From contig JAZKFH010000010.1 of NCBI GenBank assembly GCA_040386535.1, positions 40,799 through 104,798 of the forward strand: DNA of 64,000 nt, given 5' to 3'. Under the pieces are notes generated by a model that was given only the letters and a program-made list of their open reading frames with translations, did no database searches and was not told the DNA's origin. A program made the position numbers and the translations under genes. Shown here one piece after another: positions 31,536-39,840 of the stretch. This DNA comes from Myxococcota bacterium. Lineage in GTDB: Bacteria > Myxococcota_A > UBA796 > SXON01. Every line of letters begins with the position of its first letter. Position 1 is the stretch's first letter.

Positions 31536-32291
31536 TCACCGCCCCGACAGGAACCCCAGCTTCTGGATCAGCGCCTCCGGCATGTTCCTGACCACGGGCA
31601 TGATCACGCGCCAGAAGCCCGGCACGTACGCCTCCGCGGTACCCGCGTCCATCGCGGCGACGATCCCCACGGCCACGGCCGCCGGCTTCCCGAACAGCGG
31701 GTGCTTCGTGTGGTCCCGGGTCATCGGCGTGTCGACGGGGCCGAGCTTCAGCGTGGTGACGTGCACGCCCGCCGAGTGGAGTCGCGTTCGAACGCCCTGG
31801 AGGTAGAGGCCGAGCGCCCCCTTGGCCGCGCCGTAGGTGTAGTTCCGCGGGCGGCCGCGATCGCCCGCGACCGAGGTGATCACGCCGATGCTTCCTGCGC
31901 GCTGCTGCTCGAGGAGGTTCACGAGCGGGATCAGCAGGGACACGACGCTCGAGAAGTTGGTGCGGAGGATCGCCTCGGCGGTCGCGAAGTCCCGCTCCGT
32001 CGCGAGCTGGTCGCCGAGCGCGCCGTGGGCGATCAGGACCGTGTCGAGCGGGGCGCCGCCCGTGAGCGTGGCGACGGCGGCGGCGACCACGTCCGCGTTG
32101 GCGTCCAGCACGTCGAAGTCGGCCACAGACGTGGTCACCGTGGCGCCGAGGCCCTCGCAACGGGCGCGCACGGCGGCGAGCCGACCCGCGTTGCGACCGA
32201 CGAGGTGGAGACGATCGCCGCGGCGGGCGTGCACCACCGCGACCTCGGCCGCGATGGCGGAGGTGGCTCCGAAAATGAGGACGCGCTTCAT
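31536..32291 (-). CDS. SDR oxidoreductase, DprE2-like subfamily
   Basis: IFGATSAIA, ITSVAGDRGR, NYTYGAAK (YxxxK), LGPVDTPMT. Confidence 0.85.
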   Translation of the reverse strand: MKRVLIFGATSAIAAEVAVVHARRGDRLHLVGRNAGRLAAVRARCEGLGATVTTSVADFDVLDANADVVAAAVATLTGGAPLDTVLIAHGALGDQLATERDFATAEAILRTNFSSVVSLLIPLVNLLEQQRAGSIGVITSVAGDRGRPRNYTYGAAKGALGLYLQGVRTRLHSAGVHVTTLKLGPVDTPMTRDHTKHPLFGKPAAVAVGIVAAMDAGTAEAYVPGFWRVIMPVVRNMPEALIQKLGFLSGR

Positions 32292-32314
32292 GGAGGGCGA
32301 CTAACTTTCTGTGA

Positions 32315-32971
32315 TCAAGAACGGCCCTCCCGCGCGAGATCCTTCAACACCGCGCGCGCCGTGAACGCGAGGAGGTCCGCGGCCTCTTCCGGCGAGACGG
32401 CGTCGGGGTCGTAGCGCCGCAACACCCGCGCGCCGTACGAGACGGCGAGGAGGAGCAGCGCGCGTTGGCGCCGATCGGAGTGGGTCCCGCGGTCGAAGCG
32501 CGCGAGCAGGGCCTCCAGCGCGCCGACGGAGCTCCGCAGCTGGGGGCCGATGAGGTCGAGCAGATCGCGCTCACCACCGAGCGCCTCGGCCCAGACGTGG
32601 TCGAGGGCACGCCACCGCGCGTCGAGGTGGTAGCGCAGCTCTCCCTCGCGCATCTGCGCCACGAAGGACTCGGGCGTCCCCTCCTCCTCGAACCAGCGCG
32701 AGCCCGCGTCGATGCGCGCCACGACCTCGCGGAACAGGCCTGCCTTGCTCTGGAAGTGGAAGTAGACGAGCGCCTCGCTGTACCCGGCGTCCGTTGCGAT
32801 GTCCGCGATGCGTGCCCCGACGTAGCCGTGCGCGGAGAAGCGCTTGAGCGCCGCATCGAGGACGGCGGTGCGCGCGAGGGCGGAGTCCCGTCGTCGCTTC
32901 GGCGCGCGCGGGGGCACGGCGGGTGCTTCCGAGCCCTCTTCTGACCTGTCTTCCTGATCGTTCACAGACAT
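32315..32971 (-). CDS. TetR/AcrR-family regulator
   Basis: RTAVLDAALKRFSAHGY.GARIADIA..AGYSEALVYFHFQSKAGLF. Confidence 0.92.
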   Translation of the reverse strand: MSVNDQEDRSEEGSEAPAVPPRAPKRRRDSALARTAVLDAALKRFSAHGYVGARIADIATDAGYSEALVYFHFQSKAGLFREVVARIDAGSRWFEEEGTPESFVAQMREGELRYHLDARWRALDHVWAEALGGERDLLDLIGPQLRSSVGALEALLARFDRGTHSDRRQRALLLLAVSYGARVLRRYDPDAVSPEEAADLLAFTARAVLKDLAREGRS

Positions 32972-32999
32972 GCAGATTCTCTCCGGCGAGCTTCCGCTA

Positions 33000-33036
33000 C
33001 TGAGTATAGACTCAGCGTTACTAAGTCCAGCCTCAG
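33000..33036. promoter_or_regulatory. Tandem TetR-type operators
   Basis: Perfect inverted repeat CTGAGT-atag-ACTCAG (33000-33015) plus a degenerate copy CTAAGT-ccag-CCTCAG (33021-33036), between the divergent tetR and lipoprotein genes. Confidence 0.65.
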
Positions 33037-33050
33037 CTAACGGAGCCCCC

Positions 33051-34202
33051 ATGCGCACCCTCCCCTTCCTCCTCCTCCTCCCCTTCGTCGCCTGCACTGG
33101 AGCGTCCAAGGACACGGGCGCCCCCGATGACACCGGCGAGACGGACACCGACACCGACACCGACACCGATACCGGCACGCCCGTCACCGCGCGCATCGCG
33201 TGGTTCGACGACATGAGCGGGATGGATCTGAGCCCCGACGGCACCCGTGCCGTCGCCCAGCGGATGAGCTCCTTGGCGGGCGAGGTCCTCTTCCTCGACA
33301 CCGTCACCGACGAGGTGCGCAGCGTGACGACCCTGGGTGACGCGACCCGCAACCTGGCCACGGGGCTCTCGGCCGACGGGCGCATCTCGGCCCTGTACGA
33401 CACCCCGGTCGTCGAGGCCGGGCTCTGGACCGAGGCGACGGGCTGGCAGGATCTGGCGTCCCCGTTCGCCGTCGGGTGTGACTCCGACAACGGCGGCGGG
33501 TTCGACCTCTCCGACGACGGGACGGTCGTGGTCGGGCTCCTGTGGGACGTCTGCTCGCCTGCCGCCTTCCGGTGGACCGAGGCCGGCGGCGTGCAGGTGC
33601 TGGACATCCTGGGCGAGGCGTCCGAGGGCAGCACGAACGCCCCGGCCAACCGCGCCTCCGTGGTGTCGGGCGATGGCCAGGTGTCCGCCGGCTTCGCCGC
33701 GTACGGACCGCTCGACCGCTCGCCGACCCGCTGGACGGCCGACGGCGCGGGCGAGCTGCTCGCCCCGGACGACCGCGATGCCCCCGGCGAGGTGCTGTCC
33801 ATCGACTACGACGGCTCCACGCTCGGCGTGTTGCGCGGCTACGACGGGTACGTGTGGACCGCGGCGGGCGGCTTCGTCTCCCTCGGGCGGCTCGAGACGG
33901 CGTTGCCCTCGGACCCGGTGTATGTCAACGCGCTCTCGGCAGACGGGCACCTCGCGTTCGGCGGCGTCGGGAGCGAGTTCTTTGGCCTCCCCACGGCTTT
34001 TGTGTGGTCGGAGGCGCTCGGGATGCGCTCGGTGCAGGAGGTCGCGACCGCCGCCGGCATCGTCGTGGACGAGGGCTACTGGCTCACGAACGTGATGGCG
34101 GTGTCGGACGACAGCACCGTCATCCTCGGTCGGGCCTTCAACGCCGAGGGCGCGCCGACGACGTTCGTGATGCACGTCCCCGCGGACGTGTGGGAGCGGT
34201 AG
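33051..34202 (+). CDS. Lipoprotein with HAF-like extracellular beta-repeats and a short DT linker
   Basis: Lipobox FVA|C. Repeats S.DG..VVG.....AF.WT...G...L. Confidence 0.8.
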   Translation: MRTLPFLLLLPFVACTGASKDTGAPDDTGETDTDTDTDTDTGTPVTARIAWFDDMSGMDLSPDGTRAVAQRMSSLAGEVLFLDTVTDEVRSVTTLGDATRNLATGLSADGRISALYDTPVVEAGLWTEATGWQDLASPFAVGCDSDNGGGFDLSDDGTVVVGLLWDVCSPAAFRWTEAGGVQVLDILGEASEGSTNAPANRASVVSGDGQVSAGFAAYGPLDRSPTRWTADGAGELLAPDDRDAPGEVLSIDYDGSTLGVLRGYDGYVWTAAGGFVSLGRLETALPSDPVYVNALSADGHLAFGGVGSEFFGLPTAFVWSEALGMRSVQEVATAAGIVVDEGYWLTNVMAVSDDSTVILGRAFNAEGAPTTFVMHVPADVWER

Positions 34203-34293
34203 CGACACGCCGCGTCGGCGCCGCGTGCGCGTTCCCTCCTCGGCGCCCCGCGGAAAACCTCGCCGCCACGACGCCGGGAAGCTACCCGGCGGG

Positions 34294-35046
34294 ATGCGCG
34301 CCCGCACCCGAACCTGTTCCGCGCCAGCGCTCGGCCTCGCCCTCCTCCTGGCGCCCGGCTGTGTACACGTCTACCAGCCCCTGTCGGGCCTTCACCGCCC
34401 CATCGTGATCGACCCGCGGGCCGTGAACTTCGAGGATCTGCGCCTCACCGTGGTCTGCCCGGCCGGTACGCTCGTGGCCCGGTCTGAGGCGCGGATGCTC
34501 TGCGACAAGGTGGGCAAGCTCTTCGAGAACCAGGGCGCGCGCGTCACGACGATCACGGACCGTGGCGTGTACGGCCGGGAGCCCGAGGAGGAGGCCGAGG
34601 CGGAGCCGGTCGTCGATGCGTCCACGACCGATCTGGTGCTGGAGCTGCGCGCCAACGAGCTCCACACCACCAACGACGCGCTGTCCTGGGTGCTCTGCAT
34701 CGGCACCGGCACCCTGGTGCCCGCCTACACCGAGTCCACCTTCGCCCAGGACGTGGTCATTCGCGACGCCACCGGTTTTCTGCTCGTGTCCGACCGGCTC
34801 GAGGGGCGCATCGTCCGCACGTTCGGCCTGGGCGCCTGGGCGGGCAACAAGTTCCTCGATCTGGTGTGGCGCAAGAAGGAGGACGAGCTGAACTCCAAGG
34901 CGGTCTACGCCGACGTGTCGGCCGACCTCTACGGGCAGCTCAGCCAGCTGGTGCTCAACGCGAAGATGCGGTGGCAGGTGCTGGGAGAGGCGACCCCGGA
35001 CGGGCGCGCCATGGTGCCGACGCCGGCCACACCGGGCGAGCCGTGA
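34294..35046 (+). CDS. Motor-operon gene 1: lipoprotein of unknown function
   Basis: LGLALLLAPG|C lipobox. Its stop overlaps the next GTG. Confidence 0.75.
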   Translation: MRARTRTCSAPALGLALLLAPGCVHVYQPLSGLHRPIVIDPRAVNFEDLRLTVVCPAGTLVARSEARMLCDKVGKLFENQGARVTTITDRGVYGREPEEEAEAEPVVDASTTDLVLELRANELHTTNDALSWVLCIGTGTLVPAYTESTFAQDVVIRDATGFLLVSDRLEGRIVRTFGLGAWAGNKFLDLVWRKKEDELNSKAVYADVSADLYGQLSQLVLNAKMRWQVLGEATPDGRAMVPTPATPGEP

Positions 35047-35678
35047 TCCTCGTCATCCTCGGCCTGTTGATCCTGCCCGCCCTGGTCCACCCCGACCCGG
35101 CGCCGGGGCTCGACATGAGCCGGGCCCGCTCGCGGCGGCTGGAGTGCGAGCGGATGAGCGCCGAGGTCGCCAGCCGGCGGTATCCGGGCGACGTGCAGCC
35201 GGCGCGGCCGCGCGGCGAGTACGTGGAACGCAGCGCGCTGGTCTGCGCCGAGCGCCTGATGCGCCCCGGGCTGCGCGCGAAGCGGGACGAGGCGATCCTC
35301 TCCACCCTCGAGCCGCTGGTGACCGAGCTGACGGCCGCGGGTGACCTCCACCCCGAGCTCGCGGGCCGCACCTGGCTGGTCGAGGCCCACTACCCGAGCC
35401 AACCGGTGGCCGCGAAGCTCTCCTTCGCCACGAAGAACGCGCTCGTCGGAAAGGGGCTGCGGGTCTCCGATCGTACGCCTACGCTGTCGGCCGGAGACCT
35501 GGACGTGATCACCCGCATGCCCCCCGAGCAGGCCTACACGGCGGCCTGCCGCCGCTACTGGGACAACGGCAGCCTCGGCGCGAACGACACGCTGCTCGCC
35601 GTGGTGAGCCGCGATCCACGCGAGACCATCCTCCACGCCGGCCTCTGCACCGATGGGCAGTGGAGCTGGCTCAAATGA
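35043..35678 (+). CDS. Motor-operon gene 2: N-terminally anchored/secreted protein with 4 Cys
   Basis: GTGA overlap at the start and ATGA overlap at the end. Hydrophobic N-terminus VILVILGLLILPALV. Confidence 0.72.
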   Translation: MILVILGLLILPALVHPDPAPGLDMSRARSRRLECERMSAEVASRRYPGDVQPARPRGEYVERSALVCAERLMRPGLRAKRDEAILSTLEPLVTELTAAGDLHPELAGRTWLVEAHYPSQPVAAKLSFATKNALVGKGLRVSDRTPTLSAGDLDVITRMPPEQAYTAACRRYWDNGSLGANDTLLAVVSRDPRETILHAGLCTDGQWSWLK

Positions 35679-36865
35679 AGGTGCGCATCGTCCTGCTCTG
35701 GCTCCTCCTCGCGCCGTGGCTGGTGGCCCGCGCGTCGGGCCCGGAAGAGCAGGCCCAGCTGGCCGAGCTCGACCGCCTGCGCGGCAAGGTGGCCGGCGAG
35801 GTGCAGCTCTCCGCCTACGATCTGGTGGACGAGATGGTGCTCGGCTGGAAGACCGATCCGGTCTTCGACCAGCCCACGCCCGTGGTCCTCGCGAGCGTCA
35901 CGGTGCCCGTGGGCCTCGGCACCGGGCTGGCGGCGCTGCTCGAGAACCACGTCGCCTCCGTCCTCGCCGAGAACCCCTCCACCAACGTCCAGCTCGTGCA
36001 TTGTCCCACGTGCACCGCCGTGGTCGTGCACGCGGGGCCCGAGGCCACGGTCATCTCGCGCGGCATCGACGACCCCGCCGTGATCGAGCAGCTCGGCACC
36101 ACCAGCGGCAAGCACGCCCTGTTCGTGGACGTCGAAGCGGAAGGCACCTGGCTCGTGCTCCGCGCGCGGCTGACACGCCTGACCCCCGACCTTCCCATCG
36201 TCTGGAGCCGCACGATCGCGAGCTCGGCCAGCACCCCGGCGCTCCTGCGCGAGCCCCACGATCTGAAGTCGGCCGCCGACGCCCGGCGCGACTACCTCGC
36301 CGCGCTGCGCTCGCGCGGCCCCATCACGGTCCCCCTCCGCTTCGCCGTCCGCACCTTCGCCGAGCCCCTGGACTCGGGCAGGATCGCGGCGCCGCCGTTC
36401 ATCTGGCTACAGAGCGGCGTCGAGCTCGGCGCCAGCGACGCCCGCGCGTGGACCGCGAGCCTGCTCCTCGGCTACAGCTTCATCCCCGACGCCTACCAGG
36501 GGCTGATGGGCCAGGCGCGGATCAGCCGCCTGCTGACCGGCCGCGCCCGCTCGCTGATGCACCCCGACCTCTACCTGTTCGTCGGGACCTCGGTGATGGC
36601 CGTGTGGGGCCCAGCCACGGCGCCCTTCCAGGCGGACGTGCTCACGGCGGACGATCTGCTCGCGGCCCTCGCGGGCGACGCGCCCCGCACCACCCTCGGC
36701 ACGGTGCACTTCGGCCTCGACCTGCGGCTGGGCAACCGCATCGGGCTGTCCGCGTTCCTCGAGTCGATCCCCTCGCGCAACCACTCCGAGAACTTCGGCG
36801 ACTACATCCGCGTCCTCGACATCGGCTTTCAGAGCTTCGGCACCGAGGTGACGTTTTGTTTCTGA
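35675..36865 (+). CDS. Motor-operon gene 3: periplasmic alpha/beta domain with CxxC plus a putative outer-membrane beta-barrel
   Basis: Signal peptide, HCPTC, alternating beta-strands in the C-terminal half, and a terminal FGTEVTFCF (aromatic C-terminus, BAM-signal-like). Confidence 0.7.
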   Translation: MKVRIVLLWLLLAPWLVARASGPEEQAQLAELDRLRGKVAGEVQLSAYDLVDEMVLGWKTDPVFDQPTPVVLASVTVPVGLGTGLAALLENHVASVLAENPSTNVQLVHCPTCTAVVVHAGPEATVISRGIDDPAVIEQLGTTSGKHALFVDVEAEGTWLVLRARLTRLTPDLPIVWSRTIASSASTPALLREPHDLKSAADARRDYLAALRSRGPITVPLRFAVRTFAEPLDSGRIAAPPFIWLQSGVELGASDARAWTASLLLGYSFIPDAYQGLMGQARISRLLTGRARSLMHPDLYLFVGTSVMAVWGPATAPFQADVLTADDLLAALAGDAPRTTLGTVHFGLDLRLGNRIGLSAFLESIPSRNHSENFGDYIRVLDIGFQSFGTEVTFCF

Positions 36866-37827
36866 GGCTCGCCACCCTTTGGGCGTGCTGGGCCGTGCTG
36901 CTGCTCCTTCCGGGAGCGGCGCTCGCGCAGACGCCGAGCACGCGCGACTCGTTGGACCGCCTCGCGGAGGTGCTCGAGCTCCGCATCGAGGACGGTCGCT
37001 TGAGCCCCGACGAGGTGATGCCCGCGATCCTCGTGAGCGCGCAGGCACGCACCGAAGAGGATCGCGGCTGGTACGTCACCCGCGTCATCGAGGTGCTGCA
37101 GGGCACGCTCGGCGCCAGCGGCCTGCGCGTGTGCGAAGCCTGCATGGCGCCGCGCGCGACCGTCGAGTCCGGCACCATGGTCTACCAGGCCGGCCCCGTC
37201 GGCATCGACGAGGTCGTGCGGCTCGACGACGTGTCCCGCGGAGGGTCCGAGCCCGCGCGCACCGCCATCTGGCTGGACGAGCACGCGGGCGGGGTGTCGA
37301 TCCGCATCGTCGACACGCGCACGTCCCGGGTGATCTTCGCCCAGAACATCGACCCGTACCTGGTGGAGAACAAGAACACCCGGCGGATGTACACGCTCTC
37401 CGCGGAGCGGGAGAGGCGGGCGCGCGGCGACGGCCTGACCCAGGCGTTCGTGGACGTGGCGTTCTTTCCGGGGCAGCACATCTCGCTCGACTGGACCGAC
37501 CAGTGGGGGAAGACGAACCGCCAGTTCTCCGGCTTGACCCTGTCGGTGTTCGACCCGATCCTCGGGATCGGCGCGGTGCACTACTACTCGATCCCGTTCC
37601 TCAACACGCTCGTGGGCGCCCAGGTCGTGTTGAGCCTGCCGACCACCATCGTCCGCGGCCTCGGCCAGGAAGGCGAATTGCTCGATCCGCTGCTCACCGG
37701 AGTCGCCGTTGTCCGGGTACCCTTCGGCCGCTCCAACTTCGGGGCCCTCTTGACCGCGTCGACCAACGGCCAGATCGGCCTCGGGATCTCGCTCATGAAC
37801 ATCAGCCTGCTCCCGATCCTGCCGTGA
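36856..37827 (+). CDS. Motor-operon gene 4: periplasmic domain with CxxC plus a putative beta-barrel/membrane domain
   Basis: Probable TTG start with a GAGGTG RBS. Signal ...GAALA|Q, VCEAC, SIRIVDTRTSRVIFAQ, beta-strand-rich C-terminus. Confidence 0.68.
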   Translation: MFLRLATLWACWAVLLLLPGAALAQTPSTRDSLDRLAEVLELRIEDGRLSPDEVMPAILVSAQARTEEDRGWYVTRVIEVLQGTLGASGLRVCEACMAPRATVESGTMVYQAGPVGIDEVVRLDDVSRGGSEPARTAIWLDEHAGGVSIRIVDTRTSRVIFAQNIDPYLVENKNTRRMYTLSAERERRARGDGLTQAFVDVAFFPGQHISLDWTDQWGKTNRQFSGLTLSVFDPILGIGAVHYYSIPFLNTLVGAQVVLSLPTTIVRGLGQEGELLDPLLTGVAVVRVPFGRSNFGALLTASTNGQIGLGISLMNISLLPILP

Positions 37828-38468
37828 AGCGCCTCCCGCTGACACGCGCGCTCACGCTCCTGCTGACCAGCGGCTGCGCCGCCCACAACTACACGCACTA
37901 CCTGATCGAGCCGGCCCCCGCGACCAGCCCCGTGCTCGAGGAGGACGAGGGCACGCAGCTCCGCCCGATGGGGTTCGGCTCGACCACGGCCATGAAGGTG
38001 AGCTGGAACGACGGGACGATGATCACCGAGGTGGAGATCCCGCTCCTCGCCAGTGGGCAGCGCATCGTCATCGAGCACACCAAGGGCGCGACCGGCGTGG
38101 AGACCATTCCCGCGACACGGCTGGTGCCGCCGCCGCCGAGCCTCGCCGACGCCACGCTCGACGCGGCGTACCGGGAGCGCGGCCTGAAGGTGCGGCCCGA
38201 CGCGCCCGAGGTCAGCCTCACCGGCGCACGTTCGCGCATGCAGGAGGCCCTCACCGGCGGCAACTACCAGCTCGCGCTGGAGTGGTGCGAGCTGGTGCTG
38301 GCCCGGTATCCGTCACACCCGGAGACGCTGCGGGCGAAGGGCTCGATCCTGCTGATGCTGGGCGAGCGCGACAAAGCGAACGAGATCTACGAGGCGGTGG
38401 AAGAGATCGAGTCGGACCCCGCGGTCCGCAAGAAGCTGGAAGAGCTCCAGCGCGCAAACGCGAAGTAA
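37824..38468 (+). CDS. Motor-operon gene 5: lipoprotein with a C-terminal TPR
   Basis: GTGA overlap. Lipobox LLTSG|C. GNYQLALEWCELVLARYPSHPETLRAKGSILLMLGERDKANEIYE is TPR-like. Confidence 0.78.
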   Translation: MKRLPLTRALTLLLTSGCAAHNYTHYLIEPAPATSPVLEEDEGTQLRPMGFGSTTAMKVSWNDGTMITEVEIPLLASGQRIVIEHTKGATGVETIPATRLVPPPPSLADATLDAAYRERGLKVRPDAPEVSLTGARSRMQEALTGGNYQLALEWCELVLARYPSHPETLRAKGSILLMLGERDKANEIYEAVEEIESDPAVRKKLEELQRANAK

Positions 38469-38481
38469 GGAAGGGGATCTC

Positions 38482-39210
38482 GTGCAACTGGTCGGACTTG
38501 CTCTGCTCGTGTTCGTGATCTGGCTCGGGTTCGCCGAGCGTACGGACACGACCATCTCCGCCTTCGACTCCCATGCCTTCGTCATGGTGCTCGGCGGCTC
38601 GCTCTCGGCGATCATGATCTCGTCGAGCGGCGCGACCACGCTGCGCACCTTCGCCTGCCTGCGCGAGCTCGTGCCGGGCCTCGGGACCCTCGGGCGGGCC
38701 ACGCTCGCGCTGGAGGCGGACCGTACGCGCATCGCCGAGCTCTGGCTCGACGGGCGGCGCGCCCAGGCGGTCGAGCTCGCCGAGCAGAGCCGCCATCCCG
38801 CCGTGCGCCGCCTGCTCCAGCTCGTGCTCGCCCGGGCCCCCGAGGAGGCAACCCAGGCCGCCTTCACCGAGCTGCGGCACGCCGAGCTCTCCCGCTGGCA
38901 GCCCGCGATCGGCAACTGGGAGCTGCTGGCCCGGCTCGCCCCCTCCTTCGGCATGGTCGGCACCATCACGGGCATGATCCAGCTGTTCCAGAAGATGGGC
39001 GCGGACCAGGCGAGCCTCGGCTCGGCGCTGTCCCTCGCGCTGCTCGCGACGCTCTACGGCGTGGCCTTCGGCGCGGGCGTGGCCGGACCGATCGGGCACT
39101 ACCTCCGGAACCTGCTGGACGAGCGCCTCGGCGCGATCGAGCGCTGCGAGTCGACCGTGCGGGAGCTGGTCGCCCGCTCCGGCCGCGACCTCGCCATGGT
39201 CGGGGGCTGA
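38482..39210 (+). CDS. motA: Flagellar-stator-type MotA/PomA ion-channel subunit
   Basis: 4-TM layout: TM1, AFVMVLGGSLSAIMIS, a cytoplasmic loop, LAPSFGMVGTITGMIQLF, LSLALLATLYG...GPI. RBS AAGGAAGGGG. Confidence 0.88.
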   Translation: MQLVGLALLVFVIWLGFAERTDTTISAFDSHAFVMVLGGSLSAIMISSSGATTLRTFACLRELVPGLGTLGRATLALEADRTRIAELWLDGRRAQAVELAEQSRHPAVRRLLQLVLARAPEEATQAAFTELRHAELSRWQPAIGNWELLARLAPSFGMVGTITGMIQLFQKMGADQASLGSALSLALLATLYGVAFGAGVAGPIGHYLRNLLDERLGAIERCESTVRELVARSGRDLAMVGG

Positions 39211-39213
39211 TCC

Positions 39214-39840
39214 GTGCAGCGACGCAGCTACGCAAGTGACGATGGGTGGCTCCTCTCGTACGCGGACCTCATCACCAACCTGCTCATCTTCTTCGCGATG
39301 ATCCTCGCGGCCGCGGAGATCAGCCGTACGCGCATGCAACAGATCGCCGAGGGGATCTCGGGGGTCGAGGCGCCGGCCAGCCTCTCCGCGATCCAGCAGG
39401 AGATCGAGGTGCAGATCGAGCGGGAGGGCCTCCGGGAGGTGGTGCGCACCGATCTGACCGACGAGGGGCTGCGGCTCTCGCTGAACTCCGGCCTGGTCTT
39501 CGACTCGGGGAGCGCCACGATCCGCGCCGAGCAGGAGGCCACGGTCGACCGCATGCTCCAGTCGCTCGTGCCGTACGCCGGTCAGTACGCCTTCGGGGTC
39601 GAGGGGCACACCGACAGCACCCCGGTGGTGAACGGCGGGGCTTACGCGACGAACTGGGAGCTGTCGTCCGGCCGTGCGAACGCGGTGCGGTCGCGCCTGG
39701 AGCAGGTGGGTGTGGAGCAGCGGCGCATCCGCGTCGAGGGCTATGCGGACACCGTGCCGCTGCCGGAAGAGAGCCTCGCCGGGCTCCCCCCGGAGGAGCG
39801 CCTCGCTCGCCATCGGCGCGTGGTCGTGAGGATCTACTGA
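39214..39840 (+). CDS. motB: MotB-type stator subunit with an OmpA-like peptidoglycan-binding domain
   Basis: WLLSYADLITNLLIFF carries the conserved ion-binding Asp. LVFDSGSATI, VEGHTDSTP, NWELSSGRANAV, GYADTVP, HRRVVVRI. Confidence 0.92.
   Translation: MQRRSYASDDGWLLSYADLITNLLIFFAMILAAAEISRTRMQQIAEGISGVEAPASLSAIQQEIEVQIEREGLREVVRTDLTDEGLRLSLNSGLVFDSGSATIRAEQEATVDRMLQSLVPYAGQYAFGVEGHTDSTPVVNGGAYATNWELSSGRANAVRSRLEQVGVEQRRIRVEGYADTVPLPEESLAGLPPEERLARHRRVVVRIY

Noticed and set aside
38482..39840. Zorya anti-phage system (ZorA/ZorB)
   Set aside because: The MotA homolog is only 242 aa with a classic 4-TM flagellar layout and no long cytoplasmic tail. No ZorC/D/E-like nuclease or helicase is adjacent; the neighbours are all envelope proteins.
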